From Candidatus Latescibacterota bacterium (GTDB lineage: Bacteria > Latescibacterota > UBA2968 > UBA8231), in assembly GCA_965248355.1 (NCBI GenBank), contig OZ252098.1:1696001-1760000 (forward strand): DNA of 64,000 nt. The letters are read 5' to 3'. Below, piece after piece: positions 1 through 10,175 of this stretch. Under the pieces are notes generated by a model. The model worked only from the letters and a program-made list of their open reading frames with translations, made no database searches and had not been told where the DNA came from. The position numbers and the translations under genes are program-made. How positions within the stretch are numbered: the stretch's first letter is position 1; every line of letters begins with the position of its first letter.

Positions 1-2469
1 CAAACTGTCCGGCGCATCCGGCACACCCGGCACCGTCACCGTGAGACTCGACGATGAACCGTCCCCCACACCGTTCGTCGCACGGACCCAGAACGTGTAG
101 CTGGCACCGACCGCCAATACCGACACCGTGTCCGCTCGGGCCGAGCCGTCACCAGAAACACTTGACCAATCCCAATCGACCAGACCCGCGTTCAAACGAT
201 GACGTACACTGTACCCCGTGATCGACGAACCGTTCGAGTCCGCCGCGGCCCAACTCAACGCCACCTTGCCACTGTCCACCGACGCCGAAAAACTCGGCGG
301 CGGCAACGGCACCCCCGCCGGCGTCGCCGTCAGACTCGACGACGCACCGTCCCCCTGACCGTTCGTCGCACGGACCTCGAACTCGTAGCTGGCACCGTTC
401 GTCAAGCCCGATACCGTGTCAACCCGGGCCGAGTTGCCACCCGCACTCGACCAACTCAAAAATGTCGAATCCGGAACATTGCGCCGATAATGAACACTGT
501 ACCCCGTGATCCACGAACCGGTCGAGTCCGCCGCAGACCAACTCAACGCCACCTTGCCACTGTCCACCGACGCCGAAAAACTCGGCGGCGCGCCCGGCAC
601 CCCCGCCGGCTTTGCCGTCAGACTCGACGACGAACCGTTGCCTTGTCCGTTCGTCGCACGGACCTCGAACCTGTAGCTGACACCATTCGTCAACCCTGAC
701 ACCGTTTTCCAACGGGCCGAGCCGCCACCCGGCGCACTCGACCAACTCAACCACCCACCCCCGACAAGGGGGCGATAACGAACGCTGTACCCCGTGATCG
801 ACGAGCCGTTCGAGTCCGCCGCAGACCAACGCAACGCCACCTCACCGTCACCCGGTTCCGCCGACAAACTGTCCGGCGCAGACGGAACACCCGCCGGCGT
901 CGCCTTGAGACTCGACGACGCACCGTCCCCCACACCGTTCGTCGCACGGACCTGGAATCTGTAGCTGTAGCCGTTCGTCAACCCTGACACCGTGTCCGCA
1001 CGGGCCGAGCCCCCACCCGATACAATCGACCAGCTCGAAAACGTCGATCCCGGAACTTTGCGACGATAACGAACACCATACCCTCGGATCTTCCAGCCGT
1101 TCGAGTCCGCCGCCGCCCAACGCAACGCCACCTCACCGTCACCCGGTTCCGCCGACAAACTGTCCGGCGCAGACGGAACACCCGCCGGCGTCGCCTTGAG
1201 ACTCGACGACGCACCGTCCCCCACACCGTTCGTCGCACGGACCTGGAATCTGTAGCTGTAGCCGTTCGTCAACCCTGACACCGTGTCCGCACGGGCCGAG
1301 CCCCCACCCGATACAATCGACCAGCTCGAAAACGTCGATCCCGGAACTTTGCGACGATAACGAACACCATACCCTCGGATCTTCCAGCCGTTCGAGTCCG
1401 CCGCCGCCCAACGCAACGCCACCTCACCGTCACCCGGTTCCGCCGACAAACTGTCCGGCGCAGACGGAACACCCGCCGGCGTCGCCTTGAGACTCGACGA
1501 CGCACCGTCCCCCACACCGTTCGTCGCACGGACCTGGAATCTGTAGCTGTAGCCGTTCGTCAACCCTGACACCGTGTCCGCACGGGCCGAGTCGCCACCC
1601 GGTACAATCGACCAGCTCGAAAACGTCGATCCCGAAACTTTGCGACGATAACGAACACCATACCCTCGGATCTTCCAGCCGTTCGGGTCCGCCGCCGCCC
1701 AACGCAACGCCACCTCACCGTCTCCCGCCGACGCCGACAAACTGTCCGGCGCGCCCGGTACCCCCGCCGGCGTCGCCGTCAGACGCGACGACGGACCGTC
1801 CCCCACACCGTTCGTCGCACGAACCTGGAATCTGTAGCTGTAGCCGTTCGTCAATCCCGACACCGTGTCCGCACGGGCCGAGCCGCCACCCGGGACAATC
1901 GACCAGCTCGAAAACGTCGATCCCGGAACTTTGCGACGATAACGAACACCATACCCCGTGATCGAAGAACCGTTCGAGTCCGCCGCCGCCCAACGCAACG
2001 CCACCTCACCGTCTCCCGCCGACGCCGACAACCTGTCCGGCGCGCCCGGTACCCCCGCCGGCGTCGCCTTGAGACTCGACGACGGACCGTCCCCCACACC
2101 GTTCGTCGCACGAACCTGGAATCTGTAGCTGTAGCCGTTCGTCAACCCCGACACCGTGTCCGCACGGGCCGAGCCCCCACCCGATACAATCGACCAACTC
2201 GAAAACCTCGATCCCGGAACTTTGCGACGATAACGAACACCATACCCCGTGATCGAAGAACCGTTCGAGTCCGCCGCCGCCCAACGCAACGCCACCTCAC
2301 CGTCTCCCGCCGACGCCGACAACCTGTCCGGCGCGCCCGGTACCCCCGCCGGCGTCGAACTCACGCTCGACGACGCACCGGCCCCCCGGCCGTTGGTCGC
2401 ACGGACCTCGAACGTGTAGCTGGAACCGTTCGTCAATCCCGACACCGTGTCCGCTCGGGCCGAGCCGCC
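1..2469 (-). pseudogene. Downstream part of an FN3 tandem-repeat secreted/surface protein, cut off from its 5' part by IS256; runs off the window edge
   Basis: Minus-strand frame reads GGSARADTVSGLTNGSSYTFEVRATNGRGAG...TPAGVPGAPD and repeats every ~96-97 aa. It is in frame with 3893-4738 once the IS and one target copy (1432 bp) are removed. Confidence 0.9.
1..2469. repeat. Tandem ~288-291 bp coding repeats (FN3 units), about 8.5 copies
   Basis: The motif gacaaactgtccggcgc and close variants recur with a ~291-bp period. Shadow ORFs 848-1120 and 1139-1411 translate identically; 1715-1993 and 2006-2284 are near-identical. Confidence 0.95.
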
Positions 2470-3892
2470 GGCATTGTCCCGATCTTAGTTGAAATAACAC
2501 AGGCTCCCATCGTTACGTTTGATACGAGAAATCGCCAAGAAGCCTCGTATCGGTAACCCAAGGAGCCTGCCATGAGCAAGCTACAAGCACGGAAAAGGGG
2601 CGTCAAACGGACCGTGACCATCGGCCCCGTGAACCGCCAAGCCACCGCGTCGATGGACGATCTGGAGACTCGCATCGAGATCATCCAGCTGCTGATCCCC
2701 CTGGGGCTGCAGGCGGTTGGGGAGGAGCTGCGACGGGGCGTGGAGGCCCTGGCCGGACCTCGGTATCAGCGCAAGGGTCCGGATCAGGCGTTGCGCCGCT
2801 GGGGGGCGCAGGCCGGGTCGGTGTACCTGGGCGATCAGAAACTGCCGGTCGAGGTGCCGCGCGTGCGCGATGTGGTCCGCGGCACCGAGGTCCCGCTGGA
2901 GGCCTACCAGGCCCTGCAGACGCCGAGGCAGATGGATCAGGGGCTGTTGTTGCGGGTGCTGAAGGGCTTGGCCACGCGCAACTACGAGGCCTGCGCCGAG
3001 ACCGTCCCGCAAGCCTTCGGTCTGTCCCGTTCCTCGGTCTCTCGCCGGTACGTGAAAGGCACGGCGCGCAAGCTGGCCGAATTCCAGCAGCGATCCCTGG
3101 AAGGCTACGACCTGGTGGCGCTGTTTCTGGACGGCAAGAGCTTCGCCGACGAGGAGATCCTCATCGCCCTGGGTGTGACTCTGGAGGGCCAGAAGGTGCC
3201 CTTGGGCTTCGTGCAGGCGGCCACCGAGAACGAGCGCGTCTGTCGCCGCTTCCTGGCGGAGCTGGTCGAGCGGGGCCTGCAATACGAAGCCGGGCTGCTC
3301 GTGGTGATCGATGGAGGCAAGGGCCTGTACAAGGCGGTGCGGTCGGTGCTTCAAGGCCATGCCTGCGTGCAGCGATGCCAGTATCACAAGCTCCAGAACG
3401 TGGTCTCGTACCTGCCCAAGAGCGAGCAGGCCGGCCTTCGTCGAAAGCTGGAAGCGGCGTATGGGCACTCGACGTACGAGGAGGCCCAAGCCGCCCTGGA
3501 GGCGCTGAAACCGGGGTTGCAGTTGATGAACCAGTCGGCCCTGCGCAGCTTGGAGGAAGGCCAGCAAGAAACCCTCACGCTCCACCGCCTGGGCCTGATG
3601 CCGATGCTGAAGGCCTCCTTCCGTACCACCAACTGTATCGAGAACGTCAACAGTCTCCTGGAGCAGTTGACGCACAACGTGCGGCGCTGGACCAACTCGT
3701 CGCAGCGTCACCGCTGGGTCGCCACGGCGTTGCTTGACATCGAACCTCGCCTCCGCCGGGTCAACGGCTACCACCACCTGCCGATGCTCCGGCAAGCGCT
3801 CCAAGCCGAACTCGGCATCCAGCAGCTCGCGATGACGGGCTGACTCATCCACTCGAGCCTGGGCTACGTTTCAACTGAAAATGGGACTTGCC
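2470..3892 (+). mobile_element. IS256-family insertion sequence, 1423 bp
   Basis: Imperfect terminal inverted repeats (left GGCATTGTCCCGATCTTAGTTGAAA; right reverse complement GGCAAGTCCCATTTTCAGTTGAAA). 9-bp direct repeat CGAGCCGCC at 2461-2469 and 3893-3901. Confidence 0.95.
2572..3843 (+). CDS. IS256 (Mutator) family DDE transposase
   Basis: 423 aa with FLDG, VIDG, QRCQYH (CxxH) and RTTNCIE motifs; AAGGAG RBS upstream. Confidence 0.95.
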   Translation: MSKLQARKRGVKRTVTIGPVNRQATASMDDLETRIEIIQLLIPLGLQAVGEELRRGVEALAGPRYQRKGPDQALRRWGAQAGSVYLGDQKLPVEVPRVRDVVRGTEVPLEAYQALQTPRQMDQGLLLRVLKGLATRNYEACAETVPQAFGLSRSSVSRRYVKGTARKLAEFQQRSLEGYDLVALFLDGKSFADEEILIALGVTLEGQKVPLGFVQAATENERVCRRFLAELVERGLQYEAGLLVVIDGGKGLYKAVRSVLQGHACVQRCQYHKLQNVVSYLPKSEQAGLRRKLEAAYGHSTYEEAQAALEALKPGLQLMNQSALRSLEEGQQETLTLHRLGLMPMLKASFRTTNCIENVNSLLEQLTHNVRRWTNSSQRHRWVATALLDIEPRLRRVNGYHHLPMLRQALQAELGIQQLAMTG

Positions 3893-4738
3893 CGAGCCGC
3901 CACCCGGGACAATCGACCAACTCGAAAACGTCGATCCCGAAACATCGAGACGATAACGAACACCGTAGCCCGTGATCGAAGAACCGTTCGAGTCCGCCGC
4001 CGCCCAACGCAACGCCACCTCACCGTCTCCCGCCGACGCCGACAAACTGTCCGGCGCATCCGGAACACCCGCCGGCGTCCATAGGTTTAAGCCGATATAG
4101 GACGCCGCACCGTCCCCCACACCGTTCGTCGCACGGACCTCGAACTCGTAGTAGGAACCGTTCGTCAATCCTGATACCGTGTCCGCACGGGCCGAACCGC
4201 CACCCGGTACAATCGACCAACTCGACCAAGGCGCACCTATACCATAGCCCCGATAACGAACACTGTACCCCGTGATCGAAGAACCGTTCGAGTCCGCCGC
4301 CGCCCAACCCAACGCCGCCTCACCCTCACCCGACGCCACCGAGAAACTGTCCGGCGCGCCCGGTACACCCGCCGGCGTTACTATGATACTCGACGACGGA
4401 CCGTCCCCCACACCGTTCGTCGCTCGAACCTCGAATCTGTAGCTGTTGCCGTTCGTCAACCCTGACACCGTGTCCGCACGGGCCGAGCCCCCACCCGATA
4501 CAATCGACCAACTCGAAAACGTCGAATCTGAAACATCGCGACGATAACGAACACCATACCCCGTGATCGAAGAACCGTTCGAGTCCGCCGCCGCCCAACG
4601 CGACGCCACCTCACCGTCTCCCGCCGACGCCGACAGACTGTCCGGCGCGCCCGGTACACTACCCTGCGCCGTCGCTACGTCGGCGCCACCGCTCAACGTT
4701 GCGGCACCCAACAAGAACAGCACGTTCCGCAATCGCAT
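3893..4738 (-). pseudogene. 5' part of the FN3-repeat protein (signal peptide plus ~2.6 FN3 domains), truncated by IS256
   Basis: ATG at 4738 preceded by AAGGGAG. MRLRNVLFLLGAATLSGGADVATAQ is signal-peptide-like. FN3 motifs PGAPD, W..., NGSSITGY.VRYR, GLTNG..Y.FEVRA.N. Confidence 0.9.
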
Positions 4739-4760
4739 GAGGAGAATCTCCCTTTTGCTA

Positions 4761-5882
4761 GTGCTCACTTGCGTGAGTTCTTGTCAGAATATATCTTGGG
4801 GGGCATGGCCCGACCTGCGACCCCCATTACGTTGACGGAAGAAGATCGCGCCACGCTGTCGCAATGGGCGCGGTCGGGAACCACGGAACAGCGGCTCGCC
4901 TGGCGGGCGCGCATCATTTTGGGCGCGGCGGACGGCCAGGCGTCGGCGACGATCGCCGAGCGGCTGGGGCTGCGCCACGGCACGGTGAGCAAGTGGCGGA
5001 CGCGCTTTGCCGCGCACGGCCTGGACGGGTTGCAGGACGCGCCGCGGCCGGGCCCGCCCCGGCGGTATGACGAGGAGACGGAGCAGCGCATCCTCGACGT
5101 GGTGTCGCAACCGCCGCCGGCCGGCCACGCCACCTGGACCGGGACCCTGGTGGCCGAGGCTCTGGGCGACGTGTCGGACCATCACGTGTGGCGGGTGCTG
5201 CGGCAGCAGGGCATCCATCTGCAGCGGCGGCGGTCCCATGAGGTGAGCACGGACCCGGAATTCACGGCCAAGGCCGCCGATGTCGTGGGGTTGTACCTCG
5301 ATCCCCCCGAGAACGCCGTGGTGCTGTGCGTCGACGAAAAGCCCTCCATCCAGGCCTTGGAACGAGCCCAGGGGTATCTGCGCCGGCCCAACGGCCAGGC
5401 GATGAGCGGCGCCAGCCATCGCTACCAACGCCACGGCACCACCACCTTGTTCGCCGCCCTCGAGGTCGCCACGGGGCGCATCCAGGCCGGGCCCGCGAAA
5501 CGACGCCGGCGCCGGGAGTTCCTCGACTTCATGAACGACCTGGTCCGAGAGTATTCGCCCGACCAGGCCCTTCACGTGATTCTGGACAACCTCAACACCC
5601 ACAAGCCCAAGCGCGACCGCTGGCGGGCCCGTCATCCCAACGTGCACTTCCACTACACGCCCACCAACGCCTGCTGGCTGAACCAGATCGAGACCTGGTT
5701 CAGCATCCTCAGCCGCCGCGCCTTGCGCGGAGCCAGCTTCACCTCGCCCCGGCAACTGCGTCAGGCCATCGACGCCTTCATCGCCGCCTACAACTCGACG
5801 GCTCAGCCCTTCGAGTGGAAAAAGCGACAGGTCTTCTCTACCCAGTTGCATGATAACTACGCCGAATTGTGCAGGTAAGCAC
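4761..5882 (+). mobile_element. IS630-family insertion sequence
   Basis: Flanked by TA in a CTAG context at 4759-4760 and 5883-5884. Ends TAGTGCTCACTTGC / GCAGGTAAGCACTA form an inverted repeat (12/14). Confidence 0.92.
4805..5878 (+). CDS. IS630-family transposase
   Basis: N-terminal HTH (WRTRF...GLQDAPRPG) and DDE motifs CVDEK, ILDNL, WLNQIE. ATG 4805 is preferred over TTG 4769. Confidence 0.95.
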   Translation: MARPATPITLTEEDRATLSQWARSGTTEQRLAWRARIILGAADGQASATIAERLGLRHGTVSKWRTRFAAHGLDGLQDAPRPGPPRRYDEETEQRILDVVSQPPPAGHATWTGTLVAEALGDVSDHHVWRVLRQQGIHLQRRRSHEVSTDPEFTAKAADVVGLYLDPPENAVVLCVDEKPSIQALERAQGYLRRPNGQAMSGASHRYQRHGTTTLFAALEVATGRIQAGPAKRRRRREFLDFMNDLVREYSPDQALHVILDNLNTHKPKRDRWRARHPNVHFHYTPTNACWLNQIETWFSILSRRALRGASFTSPRQLRQAIDAFIAAYNSTAQPFEWKKRQVFSTQLHDNYAELCR

Positions 5883-5970
5883 TAGGCCAGTCCGAACCTC
5901 GGTACTGCAGCTGTTGTATTCAGCAGGAAGACCGCCGCACGGGCTCTCCTGGCAGGGTACATAGTGCGCC

Positions 5971-5999
5971 ACACTACGGCAACTTGCCCGGGATGTCAA
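5971..5999 (-). promoter_or_regulatory. Putative sigma70 promoter of the FN3 gene, now separated from it by IS630
   Basis: Minus strand TTGACA-17bp-TAGTGT pointing toward the FN3 start codon. Confidence 0.55.
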
Positions 6000-6029
6000 C
6001 GAAATTCGAGCGGATCGCGGCTCGGGTCG

Positions 6030-6258
6030 ACGAGCCGACGGTTTCGCGAGCGCCCAAGGGGACGAGTTGCGCCGCCTCGCCGAGAGGACAAGCGCCTGCG
6101 CACCGAGCGTGAGATTCTGTCAGAAGCAGCCACTTGGCTGGCTCGGGAGGCCGATTCGAGGCCGTCGAGGTCTTCGGATCCGTGAGCGCTCACCAGGATC
6201 AGTATGCATCGCCCCCATGTACCGCGTTCTGGGCGTCCCCCCCGCCGGATATTACTGA
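6030..6258 (+). pseudogene. IS3-family transposase remnant (OrfA C-terminus / OrfB N-terminus)
   Basis: RREDKRLRTEREILSEAATWLARE resembles the OrfA end. VSAHQDQY / IAPMYRVLGVPPAGYY resembles the OrfB start. Frameshifted, and stops at 6258. Confidence 0.75.
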
Positions 6259-6395
6259 TGACGCCGCGGATGGGGGTTCTCTCCGTCAGCCGGTAGCCGC
6301 ATCGCTGGCAGGCGTTGAGCTTGACCGGGATCCCGGCAAGAGCGTCTGCATGGACACCGCAGCTGACTCCGTTGGCCAGGGCAGCGCCCCCGCCC

Positions 6396-6591
6396 TCACG
6401 GCCGCAGCCGGCCCTGGCGGATGTGGGCCGGCACATCCGATTCGCTCGGCTCGCGGCCCGGCGCCGACATGACCACCATGCCCTCGACACAGTTCTTCAG
6501 CTCGCGCACCTTCCCCGGCCAGCCGTAGTCCATCAACACGTGGCCGACGCCCCCAGCGCCGCGGCGGGATGCGGATGGTGATCACGTTGAG
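6396..6591 (-). pseudogene. Remnant of a sigma54-dependent (NtrC-like) activator AAA+ domain
   Basis: LNVITIRIPP, then after a frameshift and deletion DYGWPGKVRELKNCVEGMVVM, matching the YxWPGNVRELxN motif. Confidence 0.7.
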
Positions 6592-6652
6592 CCCGTCCCG
6601 GGCCGAGCCTATCGTAAGCGGCCAAAACGAGCCGCACATCCCGCAGAGTGCC

Positions 6653-7579
6653 ATGAAGGTCCTCAACTTCGGCTCCCTCAACATCGACCACGTGTACCAC
6701 GTCGATCACCTCGTGCGGCCGGGGGAGACCCTGGCCAGCCGGGGCTACCGGGTCTTCGCCGGCGGCAAGGGGGCGAACCAGTCGGCGGCCCTGGCCCTGG
6801 CCGGGGCGCCGGTGGCCCACGCCGGCCGCGTCGGGCCGGACGGCCGCTGGCTGGTCGAGGGCCTGTCGGACCTCGGGGTCGACGTGGCCCACGTCGTCGT
6901 GGACGAGGACGAGGCGACCGGCCACGCCGTGATCCAGATCGAGGAGGAAGGCGGGGAGAACGCCATCGTCCTCTTCCCCGGTTGCAACCAGCGCATCACG
7001 CGGGATCAGATCCGGACCTGTCTCTGTTCTTTCGGTTCAGGTGACATATTGTTGCTGCAGAATGAGATAAACCTCGTCTCGGAGATCCTTGTCGAGGCCT
7101 CCGGCCGGGGCCTGAGGAGCTGCCTGAGCCCGGCTCCGTACGCACCGGAGGTGGCCTCCTTCCCCCTGGATCTCGTCGATCTGCTCATCCTCAACCGCAC
7201 CGAGGCGGCCGGCCTGGCCGGGGACCCGACCGGCGGCGAGGGGGCCGCGGCCGACCAGCTTCTTGCCGGCGTGCGGGCGCGGGTGCCGGACCGGACCGAG
7301 ATCCTGCTGACGCTCGGCGCCGAGGGCGCCGTCCTCGACGGTCCCGCGGGGAGGCTGTCCTGCCTCTCCCTTTCAGCGGGCGCCGCCGTCGATACCACCG
7401 GCGCCGGCGACACCTTCATCGGCTACTTCCTGGCCGCCCGCCTGGCCGGCGGCGACGACGAGACCTGCCTGCGCCGGGGGGCCGCCGCAGCCGCTCTCTG
7501 CGTCACCCGGCCGGGCGCCCGCGACGCCATCCCGCCGCGGGACGAGGTGGACTCTTTCCTCGAGGGAGCACCATCGTGA
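6653..7579 (+). CDS. rbsK: Ribokinase / PfkB-family sugar kinase
   Basis: GSLNID, GGKGANQ, LQNE and DTTGAGDTF motifs. Confidence 0.85.
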   Translation: MKVLNFGSLNIDHVYHVDHLVRPGETLASRGYRVFAGGKGANQSAALALAGAPVAHAGRVGPDGRWLVEGLSDLGVDVAHVVVDEDEATGHAVIQIEEEGGENAIVLFPGCNQRITRDQIRTCLCSFGSGDILLLQNEINLVSEILVEASGRGLRSCLSPAPYAPEVASFPLDLVDLLILNRTEAAGLAGDPTGGEGAAADQLLAGVRARVPDRTEILLTLGAEGAVLDGPAGRLSCLSLSAGAAVDTTGAGDTFIGYFLAARLAGGDDETCLRRGAAAAALCVTRPGARDAIPPRDEVDSFLEGAPS

Positions 7580-8700
7580 AGATCACCCGCCTGGAGGTGA
7601 CCCCCGTGCGGCCCCGGGGCCTGCTGTTGCAGGTGCACACCGACGAGGGCCTGGTGGGCTGCGGATCGCCCATGAACTACGAGCACGGACGCACCGTCGA
7701 GCGGGCCCTGATGGACATGGCCGACTACCTCGTCGGCCGGGACCCGCGCCGGATCGAGGACCACTGGCAGGCCCTGTTCCGGTCGTCCTACAGCCGCCAG
7801 ATGCCGATTCTGCTCGCCGCCCTCAGCGGTCTCGACATGGCCTGCCTCGACATCCTCGGCAAGTCCCTCGGCGCGCCCGTCTGGAGGCTGTTGGGCGGCC
7901 CCGTCCGCGACCGAATCCGGGTCTACTCGGGCATCGGGGGACCCGCTCCGGACCAGTACGCCGCCAGCGCCCGGTCGGCCGTGGCCAAGGGGTTCACGGC
8001 GGTCAAGATGACCCCCTTCCCGGATCCCGTGCGCTACATCGATACGCCGGCCGTGGTCGATGACGTGGTCTCACGGGTCGCCGCGGTGAGGGAGGCGGTG
8101 GGTTCCCAGGTCGACGTGGCCATCGACTTCCACCGCGCCGTGAGCCCGGCCATGGCCCGGATCCTGGTGAGGGAGCTGGAGCCCCTGCGGCCCATGTTCA
8201 TCGAGGAGCCCACCCACCCGGAGAACGTGGACGCCCTGCTCGAGATCGCGCGCTCCACGTCGATCCCCATCGCCACCGGCGAGCGCAACACCACCCGCTG
8301 GGGCTTCCGGGAGATCTGCGAGAAGAAGGCGGCCGCCGTCCTGCAGCCCGACATCCGCCACTGCGGCGGCATCCTCGAGATGCGCCGGATCGCCGCCTAC
8401 GCCGAGGTCCACTACATCGCCGTGGCCCCCCACTCGGCCGCCGACGCCGTCGGCGTGGCCGCCTCCCTGCAGGCCATGGCCGCCACCCCCAACTTCCTGA
8501 TCCAGGAGTTCGGCGGCGGCACCGGCGAGGGCCTGTTCACCGAGCCCCTGCGCTTCGAGGACGGGTTCGTGGCCCTGCCCGAGGGCCCCGGTCTTGGGAT
8601 CGAGATCGATCCCGAGGGCCTGGAGGCCCACCGGCTCACCGACTGGTCTCTGCGCGCCATGCGCCGCTCACCGGAGGATGGGTCGGTCTCGGACTTCTAG
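7576..8700 (+). CDS. Galactonate dehydratase-like enzyme (mandelate racemase/enolase superfamily)
   Basis: AVKM, IDFH, FIEEP, ATGER, LQPD, APH and IQE motifs; GTG start overlaps the rbsK stop. Confidence 0.85.
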   Translation: MKITRLEVTPVRPRGLLLQVHTDEGLVGCGSPMNYEHGRTVERALMDMADYLVGRDPRRIEDHWQALFRSSYSRQMPILLAALSGLDMACLDILGKSLGAPVWRLLGGPVRDRIRVYSGIGGPAPDQYAASARSAVAKGFTAVKMTPFPDPVRYIDTPAVVDDVVSRVAAVREAVGSQVDVAIDFHRAVSPAMARILVRELEPLRPMFIEEPTHPENVDALLEIARSTSIPIATGERNTTRWGFREICEKKAAAVLQPDIRHCGGILEMRRIAAYAEVHYIAVAPHSAADAVGVAASLQAMAATPNFLIQEFGGGTGEGLFTEPLRFEDGFVALPEGPGLGIEIDPEGLEAHRLTDWSLRAMRRSPEDGSVSDF

Positions 8701-8720
8701 GCCGATGCGCTGCCGGGATC

Positions 8721-8795
8721 TGGTGAGCCGGGTGGGGATCGAACCCACGACCAATGGCTTAAAAGGCCACTGCTCTACCACTGAGCTACCGGCCC
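8721..8795 (-). tRNA. tRNA-Lys(TTT)
   Basis: GGGCCGGTAGCTCAGTGGTAGAGCAGTGGCCTTTTAAGCCATTGGTCGTGGGTTCGATCCCCACCCGGCTCACCA; cloverleaf with encoded CCA. Confidence 0.97.
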
Positions 8796-8857
8796 GACCG
8801 GTATCGCTGGCGGGAGGTGGGATGGGAAGAAAGGTGGTTCAGGCGGGGCGAGGGGCG

Positions 8858-8886
8858 AAGATAGCCGGCGGCCGAAACCGGGTCAA
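8858..8886 (-). promoter_or_regulatory. Putative sigma70 promoter for tRNA-Lys
   Basis: TTGACC-17bp-TATCTT on the minus strand. Confidence 0.55.
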
Positions 8887-10175
8887 CGCTCCCAGCGGTC
8901 GCGAATGGGGCCCGCCTCGGCCCGGGCGAAGAGCGCCGCCCACTCCTTCGATCCGTCGTCCGGGGTGATCTCCAGGCGCGTGCCCTCCACTTGGGCCGGA
9001 CCGTGGCCGGAGCCGAAGTAGGAGTACCCCTGCCCGGAGTGGGCCATGTGCAGACAGCTGCCGTCGGGCCACACGACGGTGTTCAGCAGCCGGGGCCTGG
9101 GGTGTTCGTACGGCTGACCCTGTTGCACGAAGGGTTGGATCTCCGAGTCGGGGACCCGGTAGCGCTCGACGGCCTTCTCGTCGACCTCGACGCCGAGGCC
9201 GGGGCCCTCCGGGACCTTGTGGAACCCGCCCACGACCTCGATGGGCCGCTTGAGGAGCTGGTGGCTGTAGAGGTTGAGGCAGGTGATCGCCGGCCAGGTG
9301 GCATGGCTGAGGACGGCCCCGAGATGGGCGGCCCAGGTGGTCATGAGGCCGTTGCCCACCAGCTGCAGCCAGAACGGCATCTGGGCCTCGGCGGAGAGCT
9401 CCCCCTGGCGCAGGACCGCGCTCCTGCCGCCCGAAATCACGAATCCGTCGCAGACCTCCTCGCGCACGCAGGTGATGTACGGAGGCCCTCCGAAGTGCAT
9501 GGCCACGGGACGGGAGGTGGCCCGCCGGATCTGGCGGTTGCCGAGCAGGTCGTTCTGGGGGATCGGGCTCTCGAACATGGCCACGTTCCCGAAGGGCTCG
9601 AGCCGGCCGATGATGGGGATCGCCGAGGCCGCGTTCTGCCAGGTGGCGTTCGGGTCGAGGTCGAGCTTGAAGTGAGGGGGAACGACCTTGGAGATCGCCT
9701 CCACCTGGGCGACGATGTCCCACCAGGGCCGCGGCTTGTTCTTGAAGCTCGTGTAGCCGGCGGCCACGGCGTCGGCCGCCTCCGCCGCCCAGTCTTCGGG
9801 AGAGGCGTCGATCGACCACCAGCTGATCGGCACCCAGTCCCGCTGGATCGTACCGAGCAGCCGGTGCACGGGCACTTCCAGGGCCTTGCCCACCAGGTCG
9901 AAGAGGGCCATCTGCAGCCCGCTGCCGAGGCCGTCGTCGTTCATCACCTCGGCGACGGGACGGCCCTTGACGCGCTCCACGGTCTCGTCGGAGACCCGGG
10001 CCCAGGTGTAGTGCACGACCGTCTCGCCCCAGCCCACGTGCCCGCTGTCGGAGGTGACCCTGCACAGCTCCAGGATGGACCAGTTGTAGACCTCGCGGGC
10101 CGTGATCTTCTGCTGGCGTTCGGTGAAGGGCACGTCCACCACGATCCGCTCGACATCGACGATCTTCACGCTCAC
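8883..10175 (-). CDS. Mandelate racemase/muconate lactonizing enzyme family protein
   Basis: GWGET, FKNK, LDLDPN, MFESP and GPGLGVEVDE motifs. GTG start at 10175 or 10169. Has a C-terminal extension. Confidence 0.85.
   Translation of the reverse strand: MSVKIVDVERIVVDVPFTERQQKITAREVYNWSILELCRVTSDSGHVGWGETVVHYTWARVSDETVERVKGRPVAEVMNDDGLGSGLQMALFDLVGKALEVPVHRLLGTIQRDWVPISWWSIDASPEDWAAEAADAVAAGYTSFKNKPRPWWDIVAQVEAISKVVPPHFKLDLDPNATWQNAASAIPIIGRLEPFGNVAMFESPIPQNDLLGNRQIRRATSRPVAMHFGGPPYITCVREEVCDGFVISGGRSAVLRQGELSAEAQMPFWLQLVGNGLMTTWAAHLGAVLSHATWPAITCLNLYSHQLLKRPIEVVGGFHKVPEGPGLGVEVDEKAVERYRVPDSEIQPFVQQGQPYEHPRPRLLNTVVWPDGSCLHMAHSGQGYSYFGSGHGPAQVEGTRLEITPDDGSKEWAALFARAEAGPIRDRWER

Noticed and set aside
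1..2469. Periodic repeats as a CRISPR array or diversity-generating retroelement
   Set aside because: The period is ~291 bp and in frame, encoding FN3 domains. There is no short repeat-spacer pattern, cas gene or reverse transcriptase.
3845..4768. 307-aa ORF as a complete gene
   Set aside because: Its GTG start lies inside the IS630 end and its last ~15 codons come from IS256. The real start is ATG 4738.
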